A stretch of 62,000 bases of DNA. Origin: Lama guanicoe. Its lineage: Eukaryota. The notes beneath the pieces are model-generated. The model was not told where the DNA came from and did not search any database. It worked only from the letters and a program-made list of their open reading frames with translations. The translations under genes were made by a program, and so were the position numbers. Every line of letters starts with the position of its first letter. Position 1 is the first letter of the stretch. Location of the stretch: NCBI GenBank assembly GCA_013239625.1, contig MU053379.1, forward strand, positions 442,490 to 504,489, given 5' to 3'. Shown here piece by piece: positions 39,110 to 50,966 of this stretch.

Positions 39110-39685
39110 GAGTTGGAATTTTTACCAAAATGACTTGTAAACAAGCCTTTTAAAATCAATTTAAAAAGCAAGACACTGAGTGGAGGCTGTGACCTACAGG
39201 ATAAATGAAAAGAGGAAAGCTGTTTGATGTTATACAAATAGGAATTGGGGACTTAGGATAAAAATTCCAGCGCTGGCCTCAAATGCGGATTCAAAAGTGC
39301 TGTATCTCAGATACTCGCAATGGAAGTGAAAATGTTAGAAGCCCTGCCCAGAGACTGTGTGATGACTCAAAAAGCAGCTGGAGGAGGAGGGGTCCTGACC
39401 TGATGTCCGAGGCACCTGCAAAGAGTGTGGATAAAATAGTGTCACAAATTGTGAGAGAGAAAAAGGAATGATTTTAAATCAATACTCCAGAGCTGTCATT
39501 TTAAATGTGAGTAAATAAATAACTTAATTACCATAAGGAGACATTTGACTGATTCATTTATATTCCAAAAAGCTTTTACAGTCACATTGTCCTTAAAACA
39601 TTTTTTTTTTTGGATATTCTTCTTGGGAAAATGGGGCACCACCTTATATTTGAGGTCACCTTTTATTTGGACAGATTCAGGATAA
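39110..39685 (+). mobile_element. pogo/Tc2-type (Kanga-like) DNA transposon remnant with transposase C-terminal fragment
   Basis: Frameshifted VNKPFK...TEW and KCCISDTRNGSEN resemble the pogo/POGK-type KKCCISNALDGSEDD. The 3' end caccttatatttgaggtcaccttttatttggacagattcag resembles Tc2-type subterminal repeats. Confidence 0.65.
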
Positions 39686-40558
39686 ACACTGTCAGAAAAC
39701 CTAAAATATTGCAAGGCAAAAGTGGCCCTTTCACTTCGTTTTATAGCCCAGTTCTGCCTATGACCTTATAAAATACCAAGGTTATGAACAATATGTATTT
39801 GGCTCTGTTGTCCTCCTAGTGCTTGTCAGCAAGTCGCAATATGCTCACAATGGAGTGTCTTGATGATTTTAATTTCAGTTAAAGGAGTTTGAAAGATGAT
39901 GTTTATTTGGTGCATTTCTCTGGTGCTGGCAAAAAAAAATAAATAAAAAATGCTTGTGGTGAAGCTGTTACGAATCCTCGAACTGAAACATCCCCTACAT
40001 TTGCCAACAACCAGGATCCAAGAGGTCAAAAATGAAACATGCAGACAGGTTTCTCCTCTTGCATTCTCTTACTTGGTACTGCAGCCTTGACCTTCACACT
40101 AAGTCAGGTGTATGAACCTAGAAATTGCCAGGTGTAGAAGGTAGACCAGCAAACAATTTACACATTTGTCTGACATCTCTCCATAGGCCCTCCATGCTTA
40201 ACCCAGAACTTCAGGCAACCTGAGGCTTTGAGGAAACCAAGAACTTTCTTTTTGGGTACCAATAGAGGTTCCCTGCTCATGTCAACACAGCCATCTGATA
40301 CAAAATTGTCTTTGATCCTAGAGTTTCATCATCCAAAATCACCTGCACAATTCCCCTCCGACCCATGTCGGTTTCCGTCAAGTGTTTTCAACACGAGCAT
40401 GTTTAAATGTACCAACGTTTTCCACAGATTGTTTGTTCTTGTTGTCACTCCTGTTTCTTGCATTTCATCCTTCCTCCTCAGCCTTTCTTTACTTCTTGTT
40501 TTAAATCCTAATCTGCCACTTTTCAACCATTTGTTTTAAACTATTTACTGTTTTCTCC

Positions 40559-42116
40559 TTTTTTTTAAAAAAACTGGAGTATAGTTGATTTACAATATTA
40601 CATTACTTTCAGGGGTACAGCAAAGTGATTCAATATTTTTATAGATTATACTCCATTTAGAGTTATAACATATTGGCTGTATTTCCTGTGCTGTAACAAT
40701 ATATCCTTGTAGCTTATTTCTTTTACATAGCAGTTTGTACCTCAACCCCCTTCCACTATCTTGCCCCCTCCTTGCCTCACCCCACTGGTAACCACTGGTT
40801 TGTTCTCTGTATCTGTGAGTCTATTTTTTTTATGTTACATTCATTTATTTGTTTTATTTTTTAGATTCTACATATAAGCGAAATCACACAGTATTTGTTG
40901 TTCACTGTCTGACGTATTTCACCAAGAGTAATACCCTCCAGGTGCATACATGCTGTTGCAAATGGCAAAAGTTTATTCTTTTTATGGCTGAGTAGTAGTC
41001 CCTTGTATAAATATACCACATCTTCTTTATTCATTCATCTGTTATGGAGACTTAGGTTGCTTCCATATCTTGGCCATTGTAAACAGTGTTGTACGAACAT
41101 TGGGATGCATGTATCTCTTCAAATTAATGTTTTTGTTTTTTCTGTATAGTACCCAGGAGTGGAATTGCTGGGTCATATGGTAGTTTTTGTTTGTTTGTTT
41201 GTTTGTTTGTTTGTTTGTTTGTTTTTGAGGAACCTCCACTATGTCCCTTAGTGGCTGCACCAATTTACATTGCCACCGACAGTCTACTAGGATTCCCTTT
41301 TCTCCACATCCTCACTAACATTTGTTATTTGTAGACTTTTTGATGATAGCCATTCTAGCAGATGTGAGGTGAGATCTCATTGTGGTTTTGACTTGCATTT
41401 CTCTGATGATTAACAGTGTTGAGTATCTTTTCATGTGCCTGCTGGCCATCCATATATTTTTTGGAAAATGTCTATTCAGGTCTTCTGCCCATTTTTTAAT
41501 CAGATTGTTTGGTTTTTTGATATTGAGTTGTTTGAGCTATTTATATATTTTGAATACTAACCCCTTATTGGTCACATCCCTTGCAAATATTTTCCCCCAT
41601 TCAGTAGGTTGTCTTTTTGTTTCATTGATGGTTTCTTTTGCTGGGCAAAATCTTTCAAGTTTAATTAGATTTCATTTGTTTATTTTTGTTTTTGTTTCCT
41701 TTGCTTTAGGAGATGGATCCAAAAAAATATTGCTACAATTTACGTCAAAGAGTGTTCTGCCTGTTTTCTTCTAGGAGTTTTATGGTTTCTAGTCTTAGAT
41801 TTAGGTCTTTAATCCATTTTGAATTTATTTTTGTATAAGATGTGGGAAAATGTTCTAATTTCATTGTTTTACGTGTCGCTGTCCAGTTTTCCCAGCACCA
41901 CTTATTGAAGAGACTGTCTTTTTTTCCACTGTATATTCTTCCTTCGTTTTTCATAGAGTAATTGACCATAGGTGCATGGGCTTATTTCTGGGCTCCCTAT
42001 TCTGTTCCCTTGATCTGTGTGTCTGTTTTTGTACAAGTACTATACTGTTTTGCTTATTGTATGTGTACAGTCTGGAATCGGGGAGTGTGATGATCTCCAG
42101 CTTTGTTCTTTGTCTC
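40559..42116 (-). mobile_element. L1, 5'-truncated (3'UTR + ORF2 3' part)
   Basis: ggagtatagttgatttacaatatt 3'UTR. The track ORF 41745-41969 ([13 protein letters not shown]...[13 protein letters not shown]) is L1 ORF2. Confidence 0.95.
41186..41225. repeat. (TTTG)n microsatellite inside L1
   Basis: About 9 TTTG units read directly. Confidence 0.9.
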
Positions 42117-43984
42117 ACTGGATATGTTACTAGATTCCTCAAGGAGTCATTATGAGAGCTTAATTAGAAAAATATGTAGCACACAGACTATAAAATATGC
42201 ATTCAGGACAACAAAGCTTAAAACATAAACACAGAAACTGCCTTATTTACCTTATTTATTCTTTGCATTTCTAGTACTTGACATAGTATCTATAATAGTA
42301 AGCACCTATTAAATCATTGTTAAATAAATGAGCAAAAAATATTTATTCACTGAATGGGTCATTAACCAAAACTTTGCAAGTTTAGCAAGATGCCATATAC
42401 ACAAACACTAAAAAGATTATTACTATTGTCATTAAGTCGAATATGATGCACTTTATTACTGTCAGGTATTCCCACTATCAGTGCCACAGTATTTTCTTAG
42501 CCAGACTTTTTCTGCAAAAGTGTTACTTCCAAAATGAGGGCAGAATCTGCATGAATAGTGTTTTAGTACTGAGCACTGGATTTATTAGGATGCACTGTTT
42601 TCATAGGGCTTTGTAAAACATAATTGTATGGGCACAAAGATGGACAATACAGTCTTATCTCCCTTAAGGTAAAGACAACTGGCAATGACATTTGAGTAAA
42701 GTTTATGTGAACTTCCGTTGCACAGTTCTTTCTCGGTTTGTAGTTTAATTATTCACGTTAAGCAGACAATTTTTTTTCTACTTGGCATTGACACTAAGTG
42801 AGTGAAGTATGCCAAACTAAATTAATTATTTAAAATAAGCCCTTTGGTGGGTGAGCCTGGATACTGACTGATTATAAAAAGTGGAAGCTTCCCAAACAGA
42901 ACCATCTGAATCCTGAAACAGATGGTCCCAGGCAGGTGATGATTTAGTGTGTATATAGAGCATTTCGAAAGTAAAACTGCTTTTCTCTAAGTTCAAATGT
43001 GTATTGCATGGGAACAGTGTCTTCCTACCCCACTACTGTTTCTCGTTAGCACTCCACTTATACATGGCCTGAGTAGACCACTGGGTTCACTAACAGAACT
43101 TTCAATGACTCCAGAAAGCTTAATGTCCTATGTAGAGTTCAGAGCAATATGTGATGAATGGCATGTAAACCCTTTCAGTCTTGTTGCTTTACCTGAAATG
43201 GCTGTCAGAATAATTATACTCTGCTGTAAGTCTTAGAGGAAAGTCTCTCTTGGAACTATATTGATACTTAGAAAAAAACTTCGAAATCCAAACGTTATGT
43301 ATCACTCACTTAGGTAGCTAATTTGGGAGGGAAAATATTCCAAATGTGATTCACTCATTCATTATACTAAAGCTGATGTGAAACGTTACTGTTTTAAATA
43401 TTTTTATCCAGCTGGGTCCACCCTAGAAACAAATGTCAACCATGTTAGACTGTAAAATTATAATTCCTTAAACCATGCAGTGCTGTTTCATAGACTGTAT
43501 CTTGTTCAATTTGGCAAATACATATTTTTGGATAGTCTTCTTGGCAAGCACAGAGAATGCAAGTTGAATAAGTAATAGTTTCTAACTTCAATGAATTTTC
43601 AGGCTAATGGAGAAAACGATCATAGGAACATTTGTTATGAGCTCTAAAAATGTAGATAAAGGAGTAGTTAATTCTCCTTGGTGACCAGAGGTGAATAGAG
43701 GAAGGAATTGAAAATTGAGCCAAGAGCCTTGAGGGATGAATGGCAGTGTGTCAAAGGCCATTCTTAAGTGAAGGCACAGTGGGAGTAATGATTCATGAGG
43801 GCATGTGACACACAGCCCTGTGTGGCCAGAGGCTGTGGTTGGCGGTGTCGGGAGAGCCTGCAAGATGGCGAGGGCAGAGCAGGAACTATCTGAACTCTGT
43901 TAGTACAGGTGGGTAACAACTACCCAGATTTTATATGTTGCTTCTGTCGAATTGTAGCAAGCTATAGCCTGCCTTCTCTTCCCT

Positions 43985-44243
43985 CACCAATGTTTTATTG
44001 AGTGCCCTACCATTTGCCAGCAATATTCTAGGCCTTTGGGATACAACAAATTCCATGATTTCTTGGAGTTTACATTCTAATTAGGTAAGATAAATAATAA
44101 CTAAAAGAGCAATAAATGAAAAAGAAAATATCAAGAAATGGTAAATACTGTGTAGAGTAAAGCAGGGTGGTGTGATAGAAGATAATCAGGTGGTACAATT
44201 ACAAAGTAAGGTCAGGGAAAGCCGCTCCAAAGAGGTTCCATTA
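43985..44243 (-). mobile_element. L2, first part (interrupted by the 44252-47319 element)
   Basis: ttttattgagtgccctaccatttgccag...ggagtttacattcta...ggtcagggaaagcc. Confidence 0.8.
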
Positions 44244-44251
44244 AAGCTGAT

Positions 44252-47200
44252 TTTTTTTTTTGCTTTTTTTATTGAGTAATAGTCATTTTACAATGGTGTG
44301 TCAAATTCTAGGATAGAGCACAATTTTTCAGTTATAAATGAACATATATATATTCATTGTCACATTTTTTTTCACTATGAGCTATCACAAGATCTTGTAT
44401 ATATTTCCCTGTGCTATACAGTATAATCTTGTTTATCTATTCTGTATTTTAAAATCCCAGTCTGTCCCTTCCCACCCCGTGCCACCTTGGCAACCACAAG
44501 TTTGTATTCTGTCTGTGATTCTGTTTCTGTTTTGTATTTATCTTTTTTGGTTGTTTGTTCGTTTGTTTATTTGTTTTTAAGATTCCTCATATGAGCAATC
44601 TCATATGGTATTTTTCTTTCTCTTTCTGGCTTACTTCACTTAGGACATTCTCCAGAAACATCCATGTTGCTGCAAATGGCATTATGTTGGTTTTGTGGCT
44701 GAAGAGTATTCCATTGTATAAATATACCACTTCTTCTTTATCCAATCTGCTGTTGATGGACATTTAGGCTGTTTCCATGTCTTGGCTATTGTAAACAGTG
44801 CTGCTATGAACATTGGGGTGCAGGTGTCATTTTGAAGTAGGGTTCCTTCTGGATATATGCCCAGGAGTGGGATTCCTGGGTCCTGTGGTAAGCCTATTCC
44901 TAGTCTTTTGAGGAATCTCCATACTATTTTCCACAGTGGCTTTCTTTGCTTCCCTCTCCCACTCTTAATGATTTAGATGTCTTCTTTTACAATAACAATT
45001 TTTATTCTTTTTGTAATTCATGGCAGTTATCTCCTTTCCAGTTATGAGTTTCTCATTTTGGTAGCATCCTGCTTCTTTTCTATTTAGAGTAGACCTCTCA
45101 GTATTTCTTTTAGCATGGGTTTGATGTTGTTAAACTCTTAGTTTTTGCTTGTCTGTGAAGTTCTTTATCTCTCCTTCTATTCTAAAGATAGTGTTGCTGG
45201 ATAGAGTATCCTAGGCTGCATCTTTTTTTCATTCAGGACTTTGAATATATCTTGCCCCTCCCTTCTGGCCTGTAGTGTTTGTGTACAGAAATCAGCTGAG
45301 AGTCTTATGGGGGTTCCCTTGCAACTCATTCTTTGATTTTCTCTTGCTGCCTTTAGGATCATTTCTTTATCCTTGACTCTGGCCTTCTTGATTATGATAT
45401 GTCTTGGTGTGCGTCTGTTTGGGTTCTTCCTGTTTGGGACCCTCTGAGCCTCCTGTACTTGGATATCTGATTCCTTCTTTAGGTTTGGGAAGTTTTCAGT
45501 CATGATTTCTTCAAATACCTTTTCAATCCCCTTTGTTCTTTATTCCCCTTCTGGAACCCCTATTATGCATAGATTGGCACACTTTAGATTATCCCATAGA
45601 TCCCTTATATTGTTTTCATTGTTTTTTATTTGTTTTTCTCTCAGCTGTTCTGATTGGGTGCTTTCTGTTGTCCTGTCTTCTAGGTCACTTATTTGTTCCT
45701 CTGCATTATCTAGCCTGCTTTGTACAGCCTTTAGGTCAGCTCTGATCTCAGCAGATGAGTTTACTAATTCTACCTGGTTCTTCTTTACAGCTTCTATTTC
45801 ATTTTTGACATATTTTATATCTCTAAACACTATTTCTTTTAGTTCCTTCAGTACTTTGATCAGTCCTTATTTGAAATCTTGATCTAGTAGGCCATCAGTG
45901 CCTATTTCCTTGATTGTGCTTTCAGGGGATTTCTCTTGATCTTTTAATTGGGAGTGGTTCCTTTGTTTCTTCATATTGCTCATATCTCTCTGGCACTGTG
46001 GCTTAAGGAGTATCAGTTATCTGGCTCTCCTGGAGACGGTGTGCTCTTAATGATTTTATCAAGAGGTCTTTGTGTCTTCGCCCTGTTTTGCAAACTCAGC
46101 TTGCTGTTTCCAGAGGCCCTATATTGGTGCCCTCATCTGTGCTGCTCCCAGTGGCTGTCAGCTAGCAGATAGCACCCCCTCCCGACACTGAGTCAGGTGC
46201 TGAGATCTTACCCGGTGGGCAGGCAGGTCACTCCCCCTCCCGATGCCACAGTCAGATGCTGTGCTTGGGTGCGGCAGGTGGGTGGATCGCGCCCCCTCCC
46301 AAAACCATGGTCAGGTGCTGTGTTCCTGCCAGGAAGGCGGATGGCCACCTGTCCTCTCCCGGCACTGGTCGCTCTGCTGCTCTGTGCAGCTGCCCACTCT
46401 GCCTTGGGTCGGCCCTCTGAAGGCGGGCTCAGGGAAGACCATGGAACGCCCCATCCCTGGTCCATGCCAAATATTAGCTCCTTGTTTGTCTTGGCTGTGT
46501 GAGTTCTCTGAGGTGCCAGGGCAGAGAGATCCTATCTGCTTCGGGCTGTAAACAAGTCTCAGTCCTGCCTAGGAGGTTGATGAGCCCCCAGGTGTGGGTT
46601 CAGGTCTCGGCCCCACCCCCACCCGGGTGCTGCGCACAGGAGGAGATGGCTGCTGTGGCTGCATCTGGCCTCTCTTCTCGCAAGAAGTGCCAGTAATGGC
46701 AGCACAGGTCTGAGGAGACAAAGGCTACAGTACCCCTCCCCCCAGGGCACACCAGCCTTGTTGCTTTGGTTTTTTCACAATTTATGGGGGACTGAGGTTG
46801 TTCTGCTCCATATCCCCTCCCAGCCATGGCATGCAGCACCCTGCAGTCCCCTGGGGCTGCCTCAGTGCAACAGCCCCAGTCCTCTGCCCAGCTCGGGCAG
46901 CCTGTCCTGGCCCCAGCCCATTGGCTCACATCTTGGGCTGGGTGTCGCAGGGACCCTTTGTGCCCATTTAACTCAGTTCTGTTGGTCAAGGGGTGCTCGT
47001 GGCAGATCTGAGCCTCAGAGGCTCCCCCTCTGTCCCGCTGGCCTTTCTGTTGGAGAGGGGAGACCCAGCGAACGAATGCCAGTCCTCCTTGCTGTTCCCT
47101 CCCTGCAGGACCAGTCCCTCACTTTTGCTTTTTCTTCTTTCTTTTTTCCTTTTCTCCTAGCAGATTTTTGGCATCTTTGTCTTTCGAAGAGGGCAATGAT

Positions 47201-47319
47201 CTATCGGAGTTCAGCAGGTGCTTTGGTTGGCTGAGTAGGTCCATAGATGTGAGTTTTGGTGTATTTGTGGGAGAGGGTAAGCTACAAGCATCCTCCTACT
47301 CTGCAATTTTGCTTCTCTT
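44252..47319 (-). mobile_element. L1-derived 'half-L1': 5'UTR + ORF1 + L1 3' end, with almost all of ORF2 missing
   Basis: Poly-T tail at 44252. TSD AAGCTGAT at 44244-44251 and 47320-47327. L1-type 5' terminus, GC-rich 5'UTR at about 45990-47319, ORF1 at 45084-45983, and a junction to the ORF2 C-terminal end at about 44940. Confidence 0.9.
45084..45983 (-). pseudogene. L1 ORF1p, disrupted
   Basis: MSNMKKQRNHSQLK...RLDNAEEQISDLED...NLCIIGVPEGE...ENFPNL...TPRHIIIK...ILKAARE...GTPIRLSADF...YPA. In-frame stops at 45867-45869 and 45540-45542, and a frameshift near 45185. Confidence 0.92.
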
Positions 47320-47327
47320 AAGCTGAT

Positions 47328-47472
47328 ATCTTGATCACAAAAGGAAAGCCAAACATGCAAAGATCTGAGGGAAGAGCATCTGGGCAGAAATGCAAAGGTC
47401 CTATGGATAAAACAAATTCAATGTGTTTGAGGAATAGAAAGAATGCAGGTGTGGCTGGGATGTAGAGAGTGC
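47328..47472 (-). mobile_element. L2 continuation
   Basis: gcaaagatctgagggaagagcat...gcaaaggtcct...gtgtttgaggaatag resumes the L2 from 44243. Confidence 0.75.
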
Positions 47473-47479
47473 TCTATTA

Positions 47480-48010
47480 TGTATTAGGTAGCTATTGCTG
47501 CATAACAAACTATCCCAAAACATAATGGCTTTAAAATGGCACTGATTTATTTAACTGACTATTCTCCCTGCATATCAATAGTTCAGGCTGAGCTCAGTTA
47601 GTTGACTCCCTCATACATATGTGGATACCTGTGGTTATGTATGGAACTTTGCTGGTCTTAGCCAGGATCCCTAACACTTCTGGGACATTGGTTGGGACAT
47701 TTAAGCTGGCTCAATTCTGCTCCTGTGGTGTCTCATCTTCCCATAGGCTAACCCTGCTTCATGACTTATAGGGTCCCATAGAAAGCAGAGGCCTGCCTCG
47801 TGAGACCTCAGAACCATCCCACCATCACTTCTTCCAAGTTCTGTTGCAGAATAAATATCAAAGCAAATCAAAAGGCCAGCCCACATTCAAGGAGAAGGGA
47901 ATTAAGCTCTACCTCTTGATGAAAAGAGCCCAAAAAATATTGCAGAGAGAGTGAGGGAAGTGTACTGAAAGAAGTGAAGTGCTATGGCCAGTTTTGTTCA
48001 ATCTACCATA
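47480..48010 (-). mobile_element. MaLR LTR (MLT1)
   Basis: tgtattaggtagctattgctgcataacaaactatcccaaaac...aaggccagcccacattcaagg...caatctacca. Confidence 0.82.
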
Positions 48011-48694
48011 AAATTGAAGAGATTGGCCAGAGACAGATCACAAAGAGCTTAGCCACCTCTGCGGCTTAACTCATTACCAGAAGAGAAGCGAGTCAATGAA
48101 GGGAGAGTCTCTTCTTACACAATCATAAAATAACAGGACTACGGTAGCAAGAAGGAAATTAAAGCTGTAATGACGATCATTATATAGCTGGAAGAGGCTT
48201 TGTGGATCCAAATGCAATCATCTCATCCTTACTGAGCCCCAGAGAGTTAACAGAAGCACCGGCGTTTACAAGCAGGTCTCCCCATTTCCATCCAGGAGTC
48301 ATTCCATCCACCATGCTGTCTGCTTGATTAAAGACATTCTGTGGTACTTGCTGCCCTTGATAGGCTGAAAAATGCAAAAGTTTGACTTTTTCTCCCTGGG
48401 CAATATGTCTGCAAGTTTGATTGCTATCATAAGATGGAAAATATTGATAATAAACAAGCATGATAATGTTTCCTTCAGTAGAAATAATATTATCTGATAT
48501 CCTCACTCATTTGAAAGACCTAATGAAATAATAATATGATAATCATTAACACTAGTTGAGAACTTGCCTTGTTCATCTTTCTTTGACCTCTGAAATGCCA
48601 AAAACAAATGCCAATCCACACAGGTGGGATTATTCAAACTGTATTTTCTTCTACTGAAACATAACTCTCAAAATTGGTCTGTACCCTCACCTCA

Positions 48695-48805
48695 TAATAA
48701 TTTCCTCGAGGTCAGGGTCTAGCCTCACTTGTCTCAGTGTGCCCAGCTGATCAGATAGTCCCTGCCCCAAGTGGCTCATCAGAAAATATTTGTGGAATAA
48801 ATGAA
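48695..48805 (+). mobile_element. L2 3' end
   Basis: ctcgaggtcagggtc...aaatatttgtggaataaatgaa. Confidence 0.6.
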
Positions 48806-50159
48806 GGAAGTCTTCCCCAAGAGTAGATAAGATAAAAATCAAAAGCCCATCAGAAAGATTTAACAATCAGAGTAGTTTGAAGCCAGTAAGTGCAGGGCAA
48901 ATATCCCCTGCAAAACTCTGATTTCACCACTGTGAATGAATTAAGCATCTTCATGAAAATAATCTATCTTTAAGAAAAAGAGTTAATTTCTATTCTGTAT
49001 TCTAATAGATTTTGGAAAGATTTCCCCTGAAAAATACCTACCATTTTTTACTCCCTGTAATGATAAGTAAGCTTCCATTCCCGGAAAACTCACTTACATG
49101 GAATAATTCATTTACTGATAAATAATACAGGAACATCTCATGTGTATATAGTTCTTAAAGAGCTTAAATGTAAATAACCTGATTGCTATCCCAACAGGAG
49201 CAATGAAGGGCCAGGTGGTGTCAGCACCACTTAACGCATGTTGTAAGCTGCTGGTCTTCTAAGGTGACCCAGAAAGTAGATGACTGAATCGAAAAGTGGA
49301 TGATTTATCATTTCATTCTAGAGGAATGAGAAGAAGTTCTTGGCTTTTAGGATGTTCCTTGGGCCATTAAAGTGCACGTTGACAATGATGGATGTGCCTT
49401 CATCATGTGGATTATAATGAATAGATCAGGCCTGGGACACGAACCCACATCTTCTGACTCTAGTAGAGTCTCTTTTTAGGAAGCACAACTCCCATAGACG
49501 ACCCTGCAAGGAATCTGGACTGGGGTGAAATAGGAGGTTCTGAATTTTACAAGACACAAAACAATAGCTCCAAACCTGAGTTTATAGGTTTAGCAATATC
49601 CCTAGAGAATAATTCTCTCTCTCCCTGCTTCTGTGATTGGCATATACTCCAAATACCCTTAAAACCAGCTTGCTCAAAAGATCTATGGGGATAGCATTTC
49701 CTCCTGTTCTTTATTCAGTATGTACCCAAGGCTAACTACACAGAGGGACCCAGCTAAATAAATAAAAGGTATTTCATTTGGGTAGTATAACCTGACCTCT
49801 TTACTCTGCAACATTTTTTATCAAGAATTATCTATTTTGGCTGCAAACACGTCATTTCACCAAAGCAGATGGCATTGAAAGACAGTCTCCTTTTTCTGTT
49901 TTAGAGATTAGATTTTATGAACTCTGAAACTCAGACGTCAGCTCTCCAATCTGGCCCAGTACTCCAGCCAGGCCCAAATTCTGAAATCACGGTGGGAGCA
50001 ATCACAGAGTGACAACAACCTCAGAGGCAGGGAAGCAAGGGACCTCTGATTTCCTGTCATTTCTCAAGAAGTAAATCCTCTCTCTTCCTGGGCCATCACT
50101 CAATAAGAACCATTTAATATTTCCAAAATACTTCCAAACCCAGGAACTCCTTTGATCCA

Positions 50160-50305
50160 GGTATCAACTTTATGAAGAAAACAGGACAAATACTAGCCCT
50201 TTTAGCAAATGGGAAGGTGAAACACAGAGTATTCAAGTGATTAACCCCAAATGAGCAGGAAGCCTGAGCATTACCAGGACAACAAAAATCGCCTGACCTC
50301 AGCCC
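50160..50305 (-). mobile_element. MIR fragment
   Basis: cccttttagcaaatgggaaggtgaaacacagagtattcaagtgatt. Confidence 0.55.
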
Positions 50306-50684
50306 TGACTGGGAAATTTTCCACTGATCTATGCACAGTTCCTCTTCAAGATTGTGAGGCAAGGTACAATTATAACAAGCAGTGGGCTAGTGTGGAGTGT
50401 TTCCAATAATATTTTAGCTGTGGCCACCAATCTGCCCCGAAGAATTGCCTTTAAACTGGGGAATGGAGCAGGTACAACTCTGTCCAGAGCTCTAACCCTG
50501 AGAGATTTGTTTCTATGTCCCAGACTCAAGTCGTCTTCCCCTTTCTTTCTGACTCTTCCCATAAGTACTAACTTTATTTCCTCAAAGGAGAATTTGGGTC
50601 AATGGCTCCACTCCAAGTGTCTTCCTCCCTGAATTTGCCGATCATGACAAACTCTGTCCCTTAGAAATGTAAAGAGGGCCTCAC

Positions 50685-50966
50685 GGGCCAACTGAAACTT
50701 TCTAGCAGGCACAGTTTAAAAAGGAAGACAAAACCATGAAGGTGTCATTTTAATACTGGAGTCTATTTAACGCAGTGTATGCAAAACGCAGTCATTTCAA
50801 CGTGCACTCAACACTGTCAGCTATGTTCCTGAGGGATCGACATTCTTACTTTCAGCCTTAGTTTCCCTAAGCGTGTATTTTACACTTGCAGCCACCTCAG
50901 TCCAGGCCACTGTATCTCGAGTGCCCCAGAGCCACAGGTGACATGGCCCGTGGTTGGCAGCACAGC
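50685..50966. mobile_element. hAT-Charlie MITE (MER33/MER3-like)
   Basis: tttctagcaggcacagtttaaaaag...gtgtattttacacttgcagccacctcagtcc...agccacaggtg...ttggcagcacag. Confidence 0.7.

Noticed and set aside
46197..47234. GC-rich region with many overlapping ORFs, resembling a CpG-island promoter
   Set aside because: It is the L1 5'UTR of the 44252-47319 element.
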